Shown: in pieces, positions 36,490 to 48,596 of the stretch
Position numbering within the stretch: the first letter of the stretch is position 1
How the letters are laid out: the number at the start of each line of letters is the position of its first letter
DNA from: an uncultured archaeon
GTDB lineage: Archaea; Micrarchaeota; Micrarchaeia; Micrarchaeales; CABMGC01
Assembly: GCA_963830445.1 (NCBI GenBank)
Contig: CAWHMC010000005.1
Span: forward strand, 12,357-76,356
Direction of reading: 5' to 3'
DNA length: 64,000 bases
Translations under genes and position numbers: made by a program
The notes under the pieces: model-generated
Databases searched by the model: none
What the model saw: only the letters and a program-made list of their open reading frames with translations
Told to the model about the DNA's origin: nothing

Positions 36490-37065
36490 ATGGCGCGCGT
36501 GTTTGTTGTCCATAAATGGCACGGAACTCCAGATGATGACTGGTATGGGTGGATTGGCGGAGAGCTCTCAAAGCGAGGGCATGAGGTGCACATACCGGAG
36601 ATGCCAGACACTGACAATCCTACCGTGGCGGCCTGGGTATCGTGCCTGGCACGCGAGGTGGGCACCCCGGATTCTAACACCTACCTGGTCGGTCACAGCA
36701 TAGGCTGCCAAACAATACTCAGATATCTTGAATCGCTTGATGGCAGCGTGAAGATAGGTGGGGTGCTGCTGGTCGGGGCGTGGATGACGCTCAATCTGGA
36801 GGCGCTTGACCCGGGAGAGCCGAAAATTGCCAGGAAGTGGATGAGTACGCCGTTGAGATGGCAGATTATCAAAGGGCGGGCGCGACAATTCACAGTGATA
36901 CAGTCGGAAAATGACCCCTACGTGCCTCTGGAGAATACAGATCTGTTCAGGCGCATGCTTGATGCGCGGGTGTTGATACAGCCGCGGGCGGGACACTTCG
37001 AGAAGGGGGATGGATTCGACGAGCTGCACGTTGGGCTGAACGAACTGTTGAAGATGATGAAGTAG
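36490..37065 (+). CDS. Alpha/beta serine hydrolase (YdeN/RBBP9-like)
   Basis: Nucleophile elbow GHSIG, then SENDPYVP (Asp) and AGHF (His). About 190 aa, typical of this small hydrolase family. Confidence 0.7.
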   Translation: MARVFVVHKWHGTPDDDWYGWIGGELSKRGHEVHIPEMPDTDNPTVAAWVSCLAREVGTPDSNTYLVGHSIGCQTILRYLESLDGSVKIGGVLLVGAWMTLNLEALDPGEPKIARKWMSTPLRWQIIKGRARQFTVIQSENDPYVPLENTDLFRRMLDARVLIQPRAGHFEKGDGFDELHVGLNELLKMMK

Positions 37066-38526
37066 TCACGCGCTCTTTAGCTTCTCGAAAAGGTGGCCCT
37101 CCTTCTTTACCGTGCTTGTGAAAGCAGTGAACTTGCACGCCGATAGGTCCTGCGTTCCAACGCCCAGCTGGCGCAGGATGCGTTCCGATGCTTCGGGCAT
37201 GAACGGCGTCAGTAGTATCGCTGTTATGCGTATCGCCTCGAGGAGGTTGTAGATGGCGTTCCCGAGCCTCTCCTCCTTGAGCTCCCATACCTTGTTCTCG
37301 TTTATGTACTTGTTCGATGCACGCACGAATGACCAAATCTCGTTGAGGGCTGCGAACGTGTCCAGCGCGTCCATGTGATCGGAGATCTTTGCCAGGTTGA
37401 GCTTGGACTCTAGTGAGGGGGTGCCTTTTATCTGTCCCTTGAACCTCTCGGCCAGGGTAAGTGTGCGGTAGACCAGGTTGCCAAGATCATCCACCAGCTC
37501 GCCGTTTATCCTTGCGGTCAGCGCCTTCTCGGAGAAATCGCCATCGCCTCCGAAGGGCATCTCACGGGCGAAGAAATAGCGTAGTTGGTCGACGCCGTAC
37601 TTCTTGGTAATCTCGGTCGGATCTATGCCGTTGCCCAGCGACTTGCTCATCTTCTTCCCGTCAACTGTCCACCATCCATGGGCGAATACCTCTCTGGGGG
37701 TCTCCACACCTGCAGAGAGCAGCATGGCCGGCCAGATGACGGTGTGGAACCAGTTGATCTCCTTCCCCACCACATGGACGTTTGCGGGCCAGAACTCCTT
37801 TGACTTGGCGTCCGGCCAGCCTACGGCGCTAAGATAGTTGACAAGCGCATCGAACCAGACGTAGACGGTGTGCTTCTCGTCCATCGGGAACGGGATGCCC
37901 CATTTGACGGAAGTGCGGGTTATGCTGAGATCCTTCAGTCCGTCCTTGACGCGGTTTATTATCTCCTTCGAACGCAGTTCTGGGGAGAGCAGCGCGGGGT
38001 TCTTTTGGTACAGTTCCAGGAGTTTGCTTTGATATTTGCTGAGCTTGAAGAAATAACTCTCCTCCTTTATCCTCTGCACCGGGCGGCCGCAGGTCGGGCA
38101 CTTGCCATCCACCAGCTGCAGCTCCGTTATGAACGTCTCGTCAGGCACGCAGTACCATCCTTCGTAGTTCCCTTTGTAGATGTCACCCGCATCATAGACT
38201 CTCCTGATGAACTCTTTCACGGTGCGTTCATGGTTCGGATCCGTAGTGCGTATGAAATAATCGTTGGAGATGTTCAGCGCCTTCCAGCGTTCCGTGAACT
38301 GAACGACTATGCCATCAGCGAATGCCTTCGGCTGCAGGTTCTCCTTCGCTGCCGCCTTCTCCACCTTCTCGCCGTGGTCATCGGTTCCGGTGAGGAAGAA
38401 GACGGTGTCTCCCCTGAGCCTGTGCCAGCGTGCTATGATGTCGGACATCACTATGCAGTAGGCATGCCCCAGGTGCGGCTTGTCGTTGACATAGAATATT
38501 GGAGTCGTTATGTAATAATTCGCCAT
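37066..38526 (-). CDS. metG: Methionyl-tRNA synthetase (short form lacking the C-terminal tRNA-binding domain)
   Basis: TTPIFYVNDKPHLGHAY (HIGH-type), KMSKSLGN, and a Cys knuckle CPTCG. 486 aa. Confidence 0.93.
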   Translation of the reverse strand: MANYYITTPIFYVNDKPHLGHAYCIVMSDIIARWHRLRGDTVFFLTGTDDHGEKVEKAAAKENLQPKAFADGIVVQFTERWKALNISNDYFIRTTDPNHERTVKEFIRRVYDAGDIYKGNYEGWYCVPDETFITELQLVDGKCPTCGRPVQRIKEESYFFKLSKYQSKLLELYQKNPALLSPELRSKEIINRVKDGLKDLSITRTSVKWGIPFPMDEKHTVYVWFDALVNYLSAVGWPDAKSKEFWPANVHVVGKEINWFHTVIWPAMLLSAGVETPREVFAHGWWTVDGKKMSKSLGNGIDPTEITKKYGVDQLRYFFAREMPFGGDGDFSEKALTARINGELVDDLGNLVYRTLTLAERFKGQIKGTPSLESKLNLAKISDHMDALDTFAALNEIWSFVRASNKYINENKVWELKEERLGNAIYNLLEAIRITAILLTPFMPEASERILRQLGVGTQDLSACKFTAFTSTVKKEGHLFEKLKSA

Positions 38527-38613
38527 GCGCCCACCGGGACTTCCACTAAAACCTTTTTCTGTTCTCTTTTTTATGTCTTTGCAGATATATAACTTGCTGT
38601 GGTAGGTGCAGCG

Positions 38614-40680
38614 ATGGACGAGATAGCCGCTAACGAGTTGAGCAACAAGTTCCTAGAGTTCTTCAACGCCTATTACACGGAGCAGATAAAGGATATGTAC
38701 ATCGCCTACCCGAAGAGCAGGAGCCTCTACCTGGACATAAAGGACCTGGAGAGGTTCGACACGGAGCTCGCGGAGCAGCTGATGAACTCTCCTGACAACA
38801 TACTTCCGACGGCGAATGCTGCACTCGCAAAACTTAATCCGAATCCTAATGCTACCGAACCAGTATACGCGCGTTTTTACGGGATGGACCTTCACATGCC
38901 GCTCATACAAGATGTGGGCTCGGAATACATCGGCAAGATGCTCAGCCTCGACTCGCTTGTGGTCAAGCGCTCGGAGATCACTCCGCGCGTGAACCTGGGC
39001 GTGTTCAGGTGCCTCTTCTGCGGCACGGTGCTCAAGCTGAAGATAGACAGGGAGAGCGTCGTTGACGTCTGCCCGCAGTGCAAGCGTAGGGCCCTTAAAC
39101 AGGACAACGCGGAATCACATTTCACGAATTTGCAGCGCATAGCGGTGCAGGATCCGCTGGAGCGTCTGCGCGGGAGCACGCCCACCTGGCACCTTGAGGT
39201 GTGGATGGAGGACGACCTGGTCAACAGGGTGATACCGGGCGACCGGCTCGACATCACCGGCATACTGCGCATCAAGCCACGCAGGACGAGCAAGGGGAAG
39301 GAGGACAAGCTTCTCTTCACCATGTTCTTCGACGCGATTGCGATCCAGCAGAAGCAGAAGGAGTTCTCGGAACTGGAGATAAGCCAGGAGGAGGAACAGA
39401 AGATACGCGAGATGGCCAAGGACCCTGAGATATTCAACAAGATAGCGAAGTCGATCGCGCCCAGCATCTACGGGCACGACGAGATAAAGAAGGCTCTCGA
39501 GCTACAGCTGTTCGGAGGCACTCCGGACAAGCGCCTCATTGACGGCGGGCGCATCAGAAGCGACATACACATTCTACTTATAGGAGACCCGGGTAGCGCA
39601 AAGACGCGCCTGCTGCAGGCGGTGACCGAGATAGTGCCAAAGGGCATCTACGTCAGCGGAAAGTCCACCAGCGGTGCAGGTCTGACGGCGGCAGCTGAGC
39701 GCGATGAGTTTTCAGAAGGCGGCTGGACTCTGAAAGCTGGAGCCATGGTGTTGGGATCTGGCGGAGAAGTTTCCATTGACGAATTTGACAAGATAGGCGA
39801 TGAGGACAAGTCCTCGCTCCTTGAGGCTCTCGAGTCGCAGACCATCAGCGTCGCGAAGGCAGGAATAGTCGCGAAGTTCGTGGCGAAGACTTCAGTCCTA
39901 GCCGCCGCGAACCCGAAGTTCGGGCGCTTCGACCAGAACGCCTATCCGGCCGAGCAGTTCGACATCGCACCCGCGTTGATTTCACGTTTCGACCTCATCT
40001 TCCCGATAAAGGACGTCCTTGACGAGGAGATGGACACGAAGATCGCACGTCATATATTGATACAGCACGAGGCTGCCGGAGCGCAGCTGGCAGACATAGC
40101 CAATTACGAGCAGGTGGACAAGCCACCCATAGATGCGGACTTCCTGCGCAAGTACGTCGCCTACGCGAGGAAACGCATCAAGCCGAGACTCAGCCCGGAG
40201 GCGAGCCAGAAGTTGCAGAGTTACTACGTTGAACTGAGGAAGCTCGGGATAAAGAGCGGTGCGGTTCCGATGACTCCGCGTCAGATCGAAGGCTTGGTGC
40301 GCCTCGCTGAGGGTAGCGCGAAGTCGCGGCTCTCGGAAATTGTTGAGGCGCGCGATTCTGAGGTTGCGATCGCGCTTCTCGAGCACATGCTTAACACGCT
40401 TGCGGTGGATCGCGGCGGAAGGAGGGACATCGATGCGCTCATGACCGGACTGCCGCGGGAGAAGGTGAACAAGATCAACTCGCTGATGATCATAATCAAG
40501 CAGCTGGACAAGGACGAGGGCAGCGCGCGCATGGTGCGCATACTCGAGGAGGCAGAGAAGCAGGGCATCGACCGCGCGACCACCACGAAGTACATAATAG
40601 AGCTGGAGCGCAGCGGCGACGTGTTCAGCCCGAAGAGCGGAGTCATTAAAGTAGTTAAGCGTGATGAGGAAGGGCTGTAG
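38614..40680 (+). CDS. mcm: MCM replicative helicase
   Basis: Zinc motif CLFCG...CPQC, Walker A LLIGDPGSAKT, Walker B IDEFDK and arginine finger SRFDLIF. No intein. ATG at 38614 (the ORF is open from GTG 38599). Confidence 0.95.
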   Translation: MDEIAANELSNKFLEFFNAYYTEQIKDMYIAYPKSRSLYLDIKDLERFDTELAEQLMNSPDNILPTANAALAKLNPNPNATEPVYARFYGMDLHMPLIQDVGSEYIGKMLSLDSLVVKRSEITPRVNLGVFRCLFCGTVLKLKIDRESVVDVCPQCKRRALKQDNAESHFTNLQRIAVQDPLERLRGSTPTWHLEVWMEDDLVNRVIPGDRLDITGILRIKPRRTSKGKEDKLLFTMFFDAIAIQQKQKEFSELEISQEEEQKIREMAKDPEIFNKIAKSIAPSIYGHDEIKKALELQLFGGTPDKRLIDGGRIRSDIHILLIGDPGSAKTRLLQAVTEIVPKGIYVSGKSTSGAGLTAAAERDEFSEGGWTLKAGAMVLGSGGEVSIDEFDKIGDEDKSSLLEALESQTISVAKAGIVAKFVAKTSVLAAANPKFGRFDQNAYPAEQFDIAPALISRFDLIFPIKDVLDEEMDTKIARHILIQHEAAGAQLADIANYEQVDKPPIDADFLRKYVAYARKRIKPRLSPEASQKLQSYYVELRKLGIKSGAVPMTPRQIEGLVRLAEGSAKSRLSEIVEARDSEVAIALLEHMLNTLAVDRGGRRDIDALMTGLPREKVNKINSLMIIIKQLDKDEGSARMVRILEEAEKQGIDRATTTKYIIELERSGDVFSPKSGVIKVVKRDEEGL

Positions 40681-40821
40681 GTGCTTTGACTGGAGCGTAG
40701 AATAGACATCCGGCAGCTTGTTGCAGTCCTCTCGCTTTTCCTGATAGCGCAGTTTGGAGGGCTGCTGCTCGCCTACGTCTCGTTCCCCCCATCGTCGGTT
40801 GGGATTCTTGCTCAGCAGCAG

Positions 40822-41781
40822 ATGAGTGCCCCGCAGCCCAGCTCGGCCTCCTTCATAATCATATTTGTAGTGGAGATCATCGCCGTGGCGGCGGTGCTCT
40901 TCGGAGTGAAGAACTTCTACACTGGCAAGAACTTCTACAGGATGCTCGAGGCCTACATAATACTCTTCGGCTCATTCTTCTTTTTCTTCTTCGTTGTCGG
41001 CGATCTGCTGCCCTACATAGACCCGGTGGCGCTCGCTGCGATTTCGTTCGTTCTCGCTGCGGGGGTGTACCTCGCCAAGCGGCGCAGGGTGTGGAACACC
41101 CAGAGCCTGCGCAACATCGTGACCCTTATCTGCAGCGTAGGCGCTGGAGTCTTCATCGGGATAAGCATCGGTGCCCAGTTCGGCGTACTTGTTTTGTACG
41201 CGGTGCTCGGGCTGTTCGCAGTGTATGACTACCTCGCCGTCTTCGTCTTCAAGTTCATGATCCCGCTGGCCAAGCAGGCGGTCAGCATGGATCTCGCGTT
41301 CATGATCGGCTCCTCTGAGATGGAGCTTATGCCGAAGAGTGCGAAGAGCAAGCAGGAGCTCGCCTACAGGAAGGAGGCGCTCGCCAACATCAAGAGCAGC
41401 TACGTCCGGGAGCTGGTGAAAAAGGACAACATGCCCGTGGTCTCCAGCGTGATGCTCGGCAACGGCGACATCATCCTCCCGCTGGCGGTGGCCTCCGGCG
41501 CCTACGCCTACACCGCAAACCTCGGGCTTGCGCTGGTGATAGTGATGGGAGCGGGCATCGGGCTCATCGTCACCTTCGGGATACTGAGGAAGTACAAGCT
41601 TGGGCTCCCGGCCATCCCCCCGATCTTTGCATTCGTCAGCCTTGCACTGGCGGTCTTTGCCGCGGTCACTGGTGCCTATGGCATTATTTTCATGTGCATA
41701 TTCCTACTTGCGGCGGCGGCCTCACTTTTAGCCATGTATCTCACGGTGAAGAGACAGCTCAAAAAAGGCGCGGACAAATAG
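40822..41781 (+). CDS. Presenilin/signal-peptide-peptidase-like GxGD intramembrane aspartyl protease
   Basis: Polytopic membrane protein with YD (AVYDYLAVF), GxGD (LGNGDIILP) and a PAL-like motif (LPAIPP). The frame stays open upstream to 40690 and encodes one more hydrophobic helix there. Confidence 0.65.
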   Translation: MSAPQPSSASFIIIFVVEIIAVAAVLFGVKNFYTGKNFYRMLEAYIILFGSFFFFFFVVGDLLPYIDPVALAAISFVLAAGVYLAKRRRVWNTQSLRNIVTLICSVGAGVFIGISIGAQFGVLVLYAVLGLFAVYDYLAVFVFKFMIPLAKQAVSMDLAFMIGSSEMELMPKSAKSKQELAYRKEALANIKSSYVRELVKKDNMPVVSSVMLGNGDIILPLAVASGAYAYTANLGLALVIVMGAGIGLIVTFGILRKYKLGLPAIPPIFAFVSLALAVFAAVTGAYGIIFMCIFLLAAAASLLAMYLTVKRQLKKGADK

Positions 41782-41794
41782 TAATGCGGATTAA

Positions 41795-43141
41795 ATGGAG
41801 TGGCTGGAGCGGATAAGAGAGTCGGACCCGGAGCTCTTCGGCTACATGAAGCAGGAGCAGGAGCGCCAGCAGACCTCCCTGGAGATGATCCCTTCGGAGA
41901 ACTTCACCAGCGAGGCGGTGCTCGAGGCGATGGGCAGCATACTCACCAACAAGTACTCGGAAGGCTATCCGTTCAAGCGCTACTATGGCGGCAACGAGTT
42001 CATAGACAAGATCGAGAGTCTTGCGATAAAGCGCGCCAAGGAGCTGTTCAAGGTCCCGCACGCGAACGTGCAGCCCTACTCGGGCTCGCCGGCCAATCTT
42101 GCGGTGTACATGGCCCTGTGCAAACCGGGGGACACGATAATGGGCATGAGCCTCACCCACGGCGGGCACCTCACCCACGGCTGGAGCACCAGCGTCACGG
42201 GCCAGATATTCAACAGTGTGCCCTACCATGTCAGGGAAGACGGATACCTGGATATGGACGAAGTAGAGGGACTCGCCAACCAGAACAACCCGAAGCTCAT
42301 CTGGGTCGGCGCGACAGCGTACACGCGTAGGCTACCGTTCGCGAAGTTCGCGGAGATTGCGGACGGCGTTGGTGCATACCTCGTCGCTGATATCGCGCAT
42401 ATCTCAGGGTTGGTGGTCGGAGGAGTGCATGAAAGCCCGGTGGAGTATGCACACATTGTAACCACAACGACGCACAAGACCCTGCGCGGGCCGAGGGGAG
42501 CGATGATAATGGTCACTGAGAAAGGCATCCAGAAGGACAATGATCTGCCGTCAAAGATCGACAAGGTTATCTTCCCTGGGATGCAGGGCGGGCCCCACGA
42601 CCACATAACCGCGGGCATCGCAATTGCATTGCAGGAGGCTGCAAAGCCCGAGTTCAAGACCTATGCTGAACAGATAGTCAAGAATGCGCAGGCGCTAGCC
42701 GATGGGCTGATGAAGAGCGGGTTAACTCTGGTCACAGGAGGTACTGACAACCACATGGTGCTTGTCGATCTAAGCAATATGGCGCCAGGGATGGGCGTGT
42801 TCGCGCAGGATGCTCTGGATGTGGCTGGAATAACAATGAACAAGAACACCATACCCGGTGAGCGTTCGTCACCATTTTATCCGAGCGGATTGCGCATGGG
42901 CACTCCAGCACTGACAACACGCGGGATGAAGGAGACAGAGATGCAGCAGATTGCAGGATTCATAAGCACTTCAATATCTGAGATAAAATCGGAGCGGCTT
43001 CCGGAGGAGAAGGAGGAGCGTATCGCATACCTGAAGTTATTCAGGGAGAAGATAAAACAGAATCCGAAGCTTCTGGAGATAAGAAAACAAGTTGCGGAAC
43101 TCTGCCTGAGATTCCCGCTTTATCCAGACATGAAACTCTGA
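41795..43141 (+). CDS. glyA: Serine hydroxymethyltransferase
   Basis: LEMIPSENFTS, GHLTHG and the PLP-lysine region TTTTHKTLRGPRG. Confidence 0.95.
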   Translation: MEWLERIRESDPELFGYMKQEQERQQTSLEMIPSENFTSEAVLEAMGSILTNKYSEGYPFKRYYGGNEFIDKIESLAIKRAKELFKVPHANVQPYSGSPANLAVYMALCKPGDTIMGMSLTHGGHLTHGWSTSVTGQIFNSVPYHVREDGYLDMDEVEGLANQNNPKLIWVGATAYTRRLPFAKFAEIADGVGAYLVADIAHISGLVVGGVHESPVEYAHIVTTTTHKTLRGPRGAMIMVTEKGIQKDNDLPSKIDKVIFPGMQGGPHDHITAGIAIALQEAAKPEFKTYAEQIVKNAQALADGLMKSGLTLVTGGTDNHMVLVDLSNMAPGMGVFAQDALDVAGITMNKNTIPGERSSPFYPSGLRMGTPALTTRGMKETEMQQIAGFISTSISEIKSERLPEEKEERIAYLKLFREKIKQNPKLLEIRKQVAELCLRFPLYPDMKL

Positions 43142-43143
43142 GT

Positions 43144-43617
43144 TCAGGCGCGCACGTATTTTTTGTACGTGAACTCTTTGAACTCTTTTGCCTCTACTTC
43201 TTTCCATTCTTTAAAATCTACTTCTGGAAAGTGTGCGTCGCCGGAATAGATCTCTTTTACCCATGAGATATGCAAGGTTTTGGCCAGGGGCAGCATTGCA
43301 GTGTAGAGTTGGGCGCCGCCTATGCAGAATACCTTACCGTTTTGCTCCTCTGCTCTCTTCATTGCCTCATTGATGTCCTTGCACAATATTGCACCGTCGG
43401 CGTTCTCAAGCGTGCCGCTTACCGCTATATTAACCCTGTCGGGCAGTGGCCTGAAGCGCATGGGTATGGAGAGCCATGTGTTCTTCCCCATTATCACCGT
43501 GTTGTTTGAGGTCAGCCTCTTAAACAGGTTCAAATCCTGCGGTATGCTCCAGGGAATCTTCCCGTCCTTGCCGATTATTCTGTCGCGAGTCATCGCAACT
43601 ATTATCTGGATCTCCAT
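43144..43617 (-). CDS. folA: Dihydrofolate reductase
   Basis: IVAMTRDRIIGKDGKIPW, TVIMGKNTWLSIP and FCIGGAQLY. 157 aa. Confidence 0.9.
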   Translation of the reverse strand: MEIQIIVAMTRDRIIGKDGKIPWSIPQDLNLFKRLTSNNTVIMGKNTWLSIPMRFRPLPDRVNIAVSGTLENADGAILCKDINEAMKRAEEQNGKVFCIGGAQLYTAMLPLAKTLHISWVKEIYSGDAHFPEVDFKEWKEVEAKEFKEFTYKKYVRA

Positions 43618-44490
43618 TTAAACCGCGATCTCAAATTTGATTGAAGGATAGCTTTGGTAGTTCTCTATCACTGTGTTAGTTGATTCCCATTCAAAGATGC
43701 TTCTGAAGTTATCCGTCCGTATTGTAGGTAGCGCGTACTTCTTCGGGTCCCTGCTTAACTGCTCCTTTGCTCCATCAACGTGGTTCTCGTATATGTGGAC
43801 GTCTGCTAGGAATCCGACGAGCTTGCCTTCCTTAAGCCCAGATTCCTTTGCCAGCAGGTGCAGCATCAGGGCGTAGCTTGCGATGTTGTAAGGGAGGCCC
43901 AGCATCGTGTCCACGGAACGCTGGTTCCATAGGAGGTTAAGCTTACCGCCGATTACAGTTACCTGGAATCCGTAATGGCATGGTGGTAGGCCCATCTGGT
44001 TAAGCTGCTGCGGATTCCACGCAGATACTATCATACGGCGGTCGGTGGGGTCGGTCTTTAGCTTTTCTACTATCTTTTTGATCTGGTCGACTCCTTTCCC
44101 TGTGTAATCTGCATCGTAGTTGGTATATTCGGCATTGAAATGCCTCCACTGAAATCCGTAAATAGGGCCGAGGTCGTTCTCTGCAAGCATCTTCCTCTTT
44201 GCTTCCTCCGTGTGCCCATAGGGCGCCTTCTGGGGATTGGCCCACTCATCCCAGATGTGGTTGTTCCTTGCCTGAAGCCACCTCTTGTCAGTGAGACCTT
44301 TTATGAAGAACTCTAGTTCTGAAGAGATGTTCTTGAATCCAACCTTTTTTGTGGTGAGAAGAGGGAACCCCTTGCTCATGTCGTGCTCGAATAGTGCTCC
44401 TGCTATTGCGAGCGTCTTGACACCGGTGCGGTTGTCCTTCCACTCGCCGGTCTCAAGGATCTTTCGTACGATATCGAGATACGCCTTCAA
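43618..44490 (-). CDS. thyA: Thymidylate synthase (ThyA type)
   Basis: DNRTGVKTLAI, GPIYGFQWRHF, the active-site LPPCH, and the VHIYENH region. Its stop abuts the folA start. Confidence 0.95.
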   Translation of the reverse strand: MKAYLDIVRKILETGEWKDNRTGVKTLAIAGALFEHDMSKGFPLLTTKKVGFKNISSELEFFIKGLTDKRWLQARNNHIWDEWANPQKAPYGHTEEAKRKMLAENDLGPIYGFQWRHFNAEYTNYDADYTGKGVDQIKKIVEKLKTDPTDRRMIVSAWNPQQLNQMGLPPCHYGFQVTVIGGKLNLLWNQRSVDTMLGLPYNIASYALMLHLLAKESGLKEGKLVGFLADVHIYENHVDGAKEQLSRDPKKYALPTIRTDNFRSIFEWESTNTVIENYQSYPSIKFEIAV

Positions 44491-44550
44491 TTGCTTACCC
44501 CTTATGAATCTGGGTGAAAATATAAATGTACTACAGCAATAACATAGAAA

Positions 44551-45495
44551 CTAGGTTACAACGCTGAGTATCAGGACCCCTACAATTAAAATCAGTCCGC
44601 CTATAATACTCTCAAACGTAAAGCTACCGATCCAGATGCTGGCAAGAACCACTAGCACCGTATCCAGCTCGGCTGCATTATTTATGAAGTTACGTACGCC
44701 AACGTCGTTGCGTTTGTTGTTCTTTAGACTCTGAACAACAGCACGAATCTCAGTTATAAATGCTGCGCAGAGAAGGAATCCGGAGATCACTCCGATTGCG
44801 AGCATCTCGACGAATGTGGTGTTTAGCACTATTGGAATCGGTTGTAGAGGTATTAGTATGACTCCAGCTATTGTTCCAACAATTGTATACGCGAGGAACT
44901 TCGATTCTGTGTTATCTCGTTCCGTCTTGTAGACCATCACGTAATAGCCAACGCCGGAGAAGAATATTATTCCTATGATGTAGGGTAGTGCCGCGAAGTC
45001 GAATGTGAATCCAGTACTTTGGCATAGGTACGTGCCTATGAACACAATCAATACCCCTAAGATCAACGGCAAGACCTGTGAATTGTGTATCTTCTTTCTA
45101 TTGATCAGGAAGTCAAGGGCCAGGAAGACCAGCGAGCCGCCTTCAATCAGTGGAAAGACACTAGACAGAGTGTAGCTGCGATACGCAGTGAATATCAGTG
45201 CACCGGTCAATGCGAACGCTATCCCATATATCCAGGCTTGCTTTGTCAGATGTAGTTTTGTGAATGCACTTACCTTGCCCCGCTCCAAGTATAGAAGAGT
45301 TAGGAGAAAAATAAGGCTGCCGATGCGGGTCGAGATCAGTGCCACTCCTGGAGAGATGCTTACTGCAACAAAATATCCCATCAGGCTGCTTACTGCGTAG
45401 CAGAGTATGCTTACGGCTAGAAGCAGTATTACTTTGTTTCTTATGGGATTACCCTTGCTGAGAAGCATGCGCATACCTTTTATGAAAAGTATCAC
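44551..45495 (-). CDS. Polytopic membrane protein, DMT/EamA-like transporter (tentative)
   Basis: About 10 predicted hydrophobic helices in 314 aa. It is more AT-rich than its neighbours (45 G+C in the 100 nt I counted, 44581-44680). Family assignment is by topology only. Confidence 0.5.
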   Translation of the reverse strand: MILFIKGMRMLLSKGNPIRNKVILLLAVSILCYAVSSLMGYFVAVSISPGVALISTRIGSLIFLLTLLYLERGKVSAFTKLHLTKQAWIYGIAFALTGALIFTAYRSYTLSSVFPLIEGGSLVFLALDFLINRKKIHNSQVLPLILGVLIVFIGTYLCQSTGFTFDFAALPYIIGIIFFSGVGYYVMVYKTERDNTESKFLAYTIVGTIAGVILIPLQPIPIVLNTTFVEMLAIGVISGFLLCAAFITEIRAVVQSLKNNKRNDVGVRNFINNAAELDTVLVVLASIWIGSFTFESIIGGLILIVGVLILSVVT

Positions 45496-46212
45496 TTGTG
45501 AATGTATTAGACTTGCTGTTTGCTAGAATACGCCGAACCTTCGTCTGTGATCCTTCGGATCATCTCTGTTGTTGTCGCTCGTGCCGGTGCTCTCCACCTT
45601 CACCCTGAACTTCTCGGTGACAAATTCTGCCCCTTCCCGCTGCACACTTTGCAGGCTTTCTCAAATATCTTACCCCTGCCTCTGCACTTGTCGCAGGTGG
45701 TAATCATCTCGAACCTTCCCAGGAAGGTGTTCTGCTGCACCTTCCTCCTGCCCATCCCGTTGCAGGAGGTGCACTTGATCTGCTTTGCGCCGGGCTCACC
45801 GCCAGTGCCGCTGCAGTGCGTACACCTCTTGAAGTGCTGCATCTGGTACTCGCGTTCCATCCCTTGCTCTATGTCTTCGAACGATAGGGTCAGGTTCACC
45901 GCGTTCGGCTGCTGCACTTCATCGTTGAAGATGTTCTCTCCGAACGGGCTGCCGCCTCCGAAGGCGCCCGAAGCGAAGAGATCCTTGAAGATGTCGTTCG
46001 CATTGAAATTGCGGAAGATGTCCTCCTGGCTGTACTGCTGGTTGAATTGGTCTGGGCCGTAGGCGTCGTAGCGCTTCCGCTTCTCCGGATCTCCGAGCAC
46101 CGCATAGGCTTCGTTCACCTCTTTGAACTTCGACTCGGCCGACTTCTCGCTGTTGCGATCGGGATGTAGCTTCAGGGCCAGATCCCGGTAGGCCTTCTTT
46201 ATCTGGTCCTGG

Positions 46213-48072
<1,860 letters not shown>

Positions 48073-48083
48073 TTTATCACTTT

Positions 48084-48596
48084 TTAAATATCCTTTTTGT
48101 TCTCCGTTTCCTTCTTCTCCTCCTGTCCGCTTGAAACGATCACGGACGCGGGCCTGATCATCATCCCGTTGAGGCAGTAGCCCTTCCTCACCACCTCTAT
48201 TATCGTGCCCTCGGGTTCCTTGCTGCTCTTTGTAAGCATTATCTCGTGCTTGTACGGGTCGAATACCCCTTTTGCCTCTATCTCGCTTACTCCCTCTTTC
48301 TTGAGTGCATCGCGCAGGTTTGCGAAGACCAGGCCTATTCCCTTGTCCTTGTCGTCTTTCTGTGCGGCTGCAACGGCGAGTTCAAACTCGTCCAGGACCG
48401 GAAGAAGCTTCCTTATGAGCTCGGCCTTCCCGAACGTCTTGGAGCTTTCCACCTCCTTTGCCGTCCGCTTCTTGTAGTTGTCGAAGTCCGCCGCTAGTCG
48501 CAGCAGCCTCTCCTTCAGCTCGGCCTCCTCTCCCTTCGGCTCCTCCGGAGCAGGCTCCTGGGCCTTTTTATCGTTGTTTTTCTTTTCTTCGGGCAT
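48084..48596 (-). CDS. grpE: Nucleotide exchange factor GrpE
   Basis: [18 protein letters not shown] and DPYKHEIM. 170 aa, upstream of dnaK. Confidence 0.9.
   Translation of the reverse strand: MPEEKKNNDKKAQEPAPEEPKGEEAELKERLLRLAADFDNYKKRTAKEVESSKTFGKAELIRKLLPVLDEFELAVAAAQKDDKDKGIGLVFANLRDALKKEGVSEIEAKGVFDPYKHEIMLTKSSKEPEGTIIEVVRKGYCLNGMMIRPASVIVSSGQEEKKETENKKDI

Noticed and set aside
45496-45640. DnaJ-like fragments in alternative frames downstream of the dnaJ stop (VQGEGGEH resembling the GEGEAGEHG motif, and [12 protein letters not shown] resembling the strand after the zinc finger), suggesting a multiply frameshifted full-length gene.
   Set aside because: The two look-alike fragments are encoded by the same nucleotides in different frames, so at most one can be genuine. 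Only about 100 nt are available in any case, which cannot hold the missing 150 residues.
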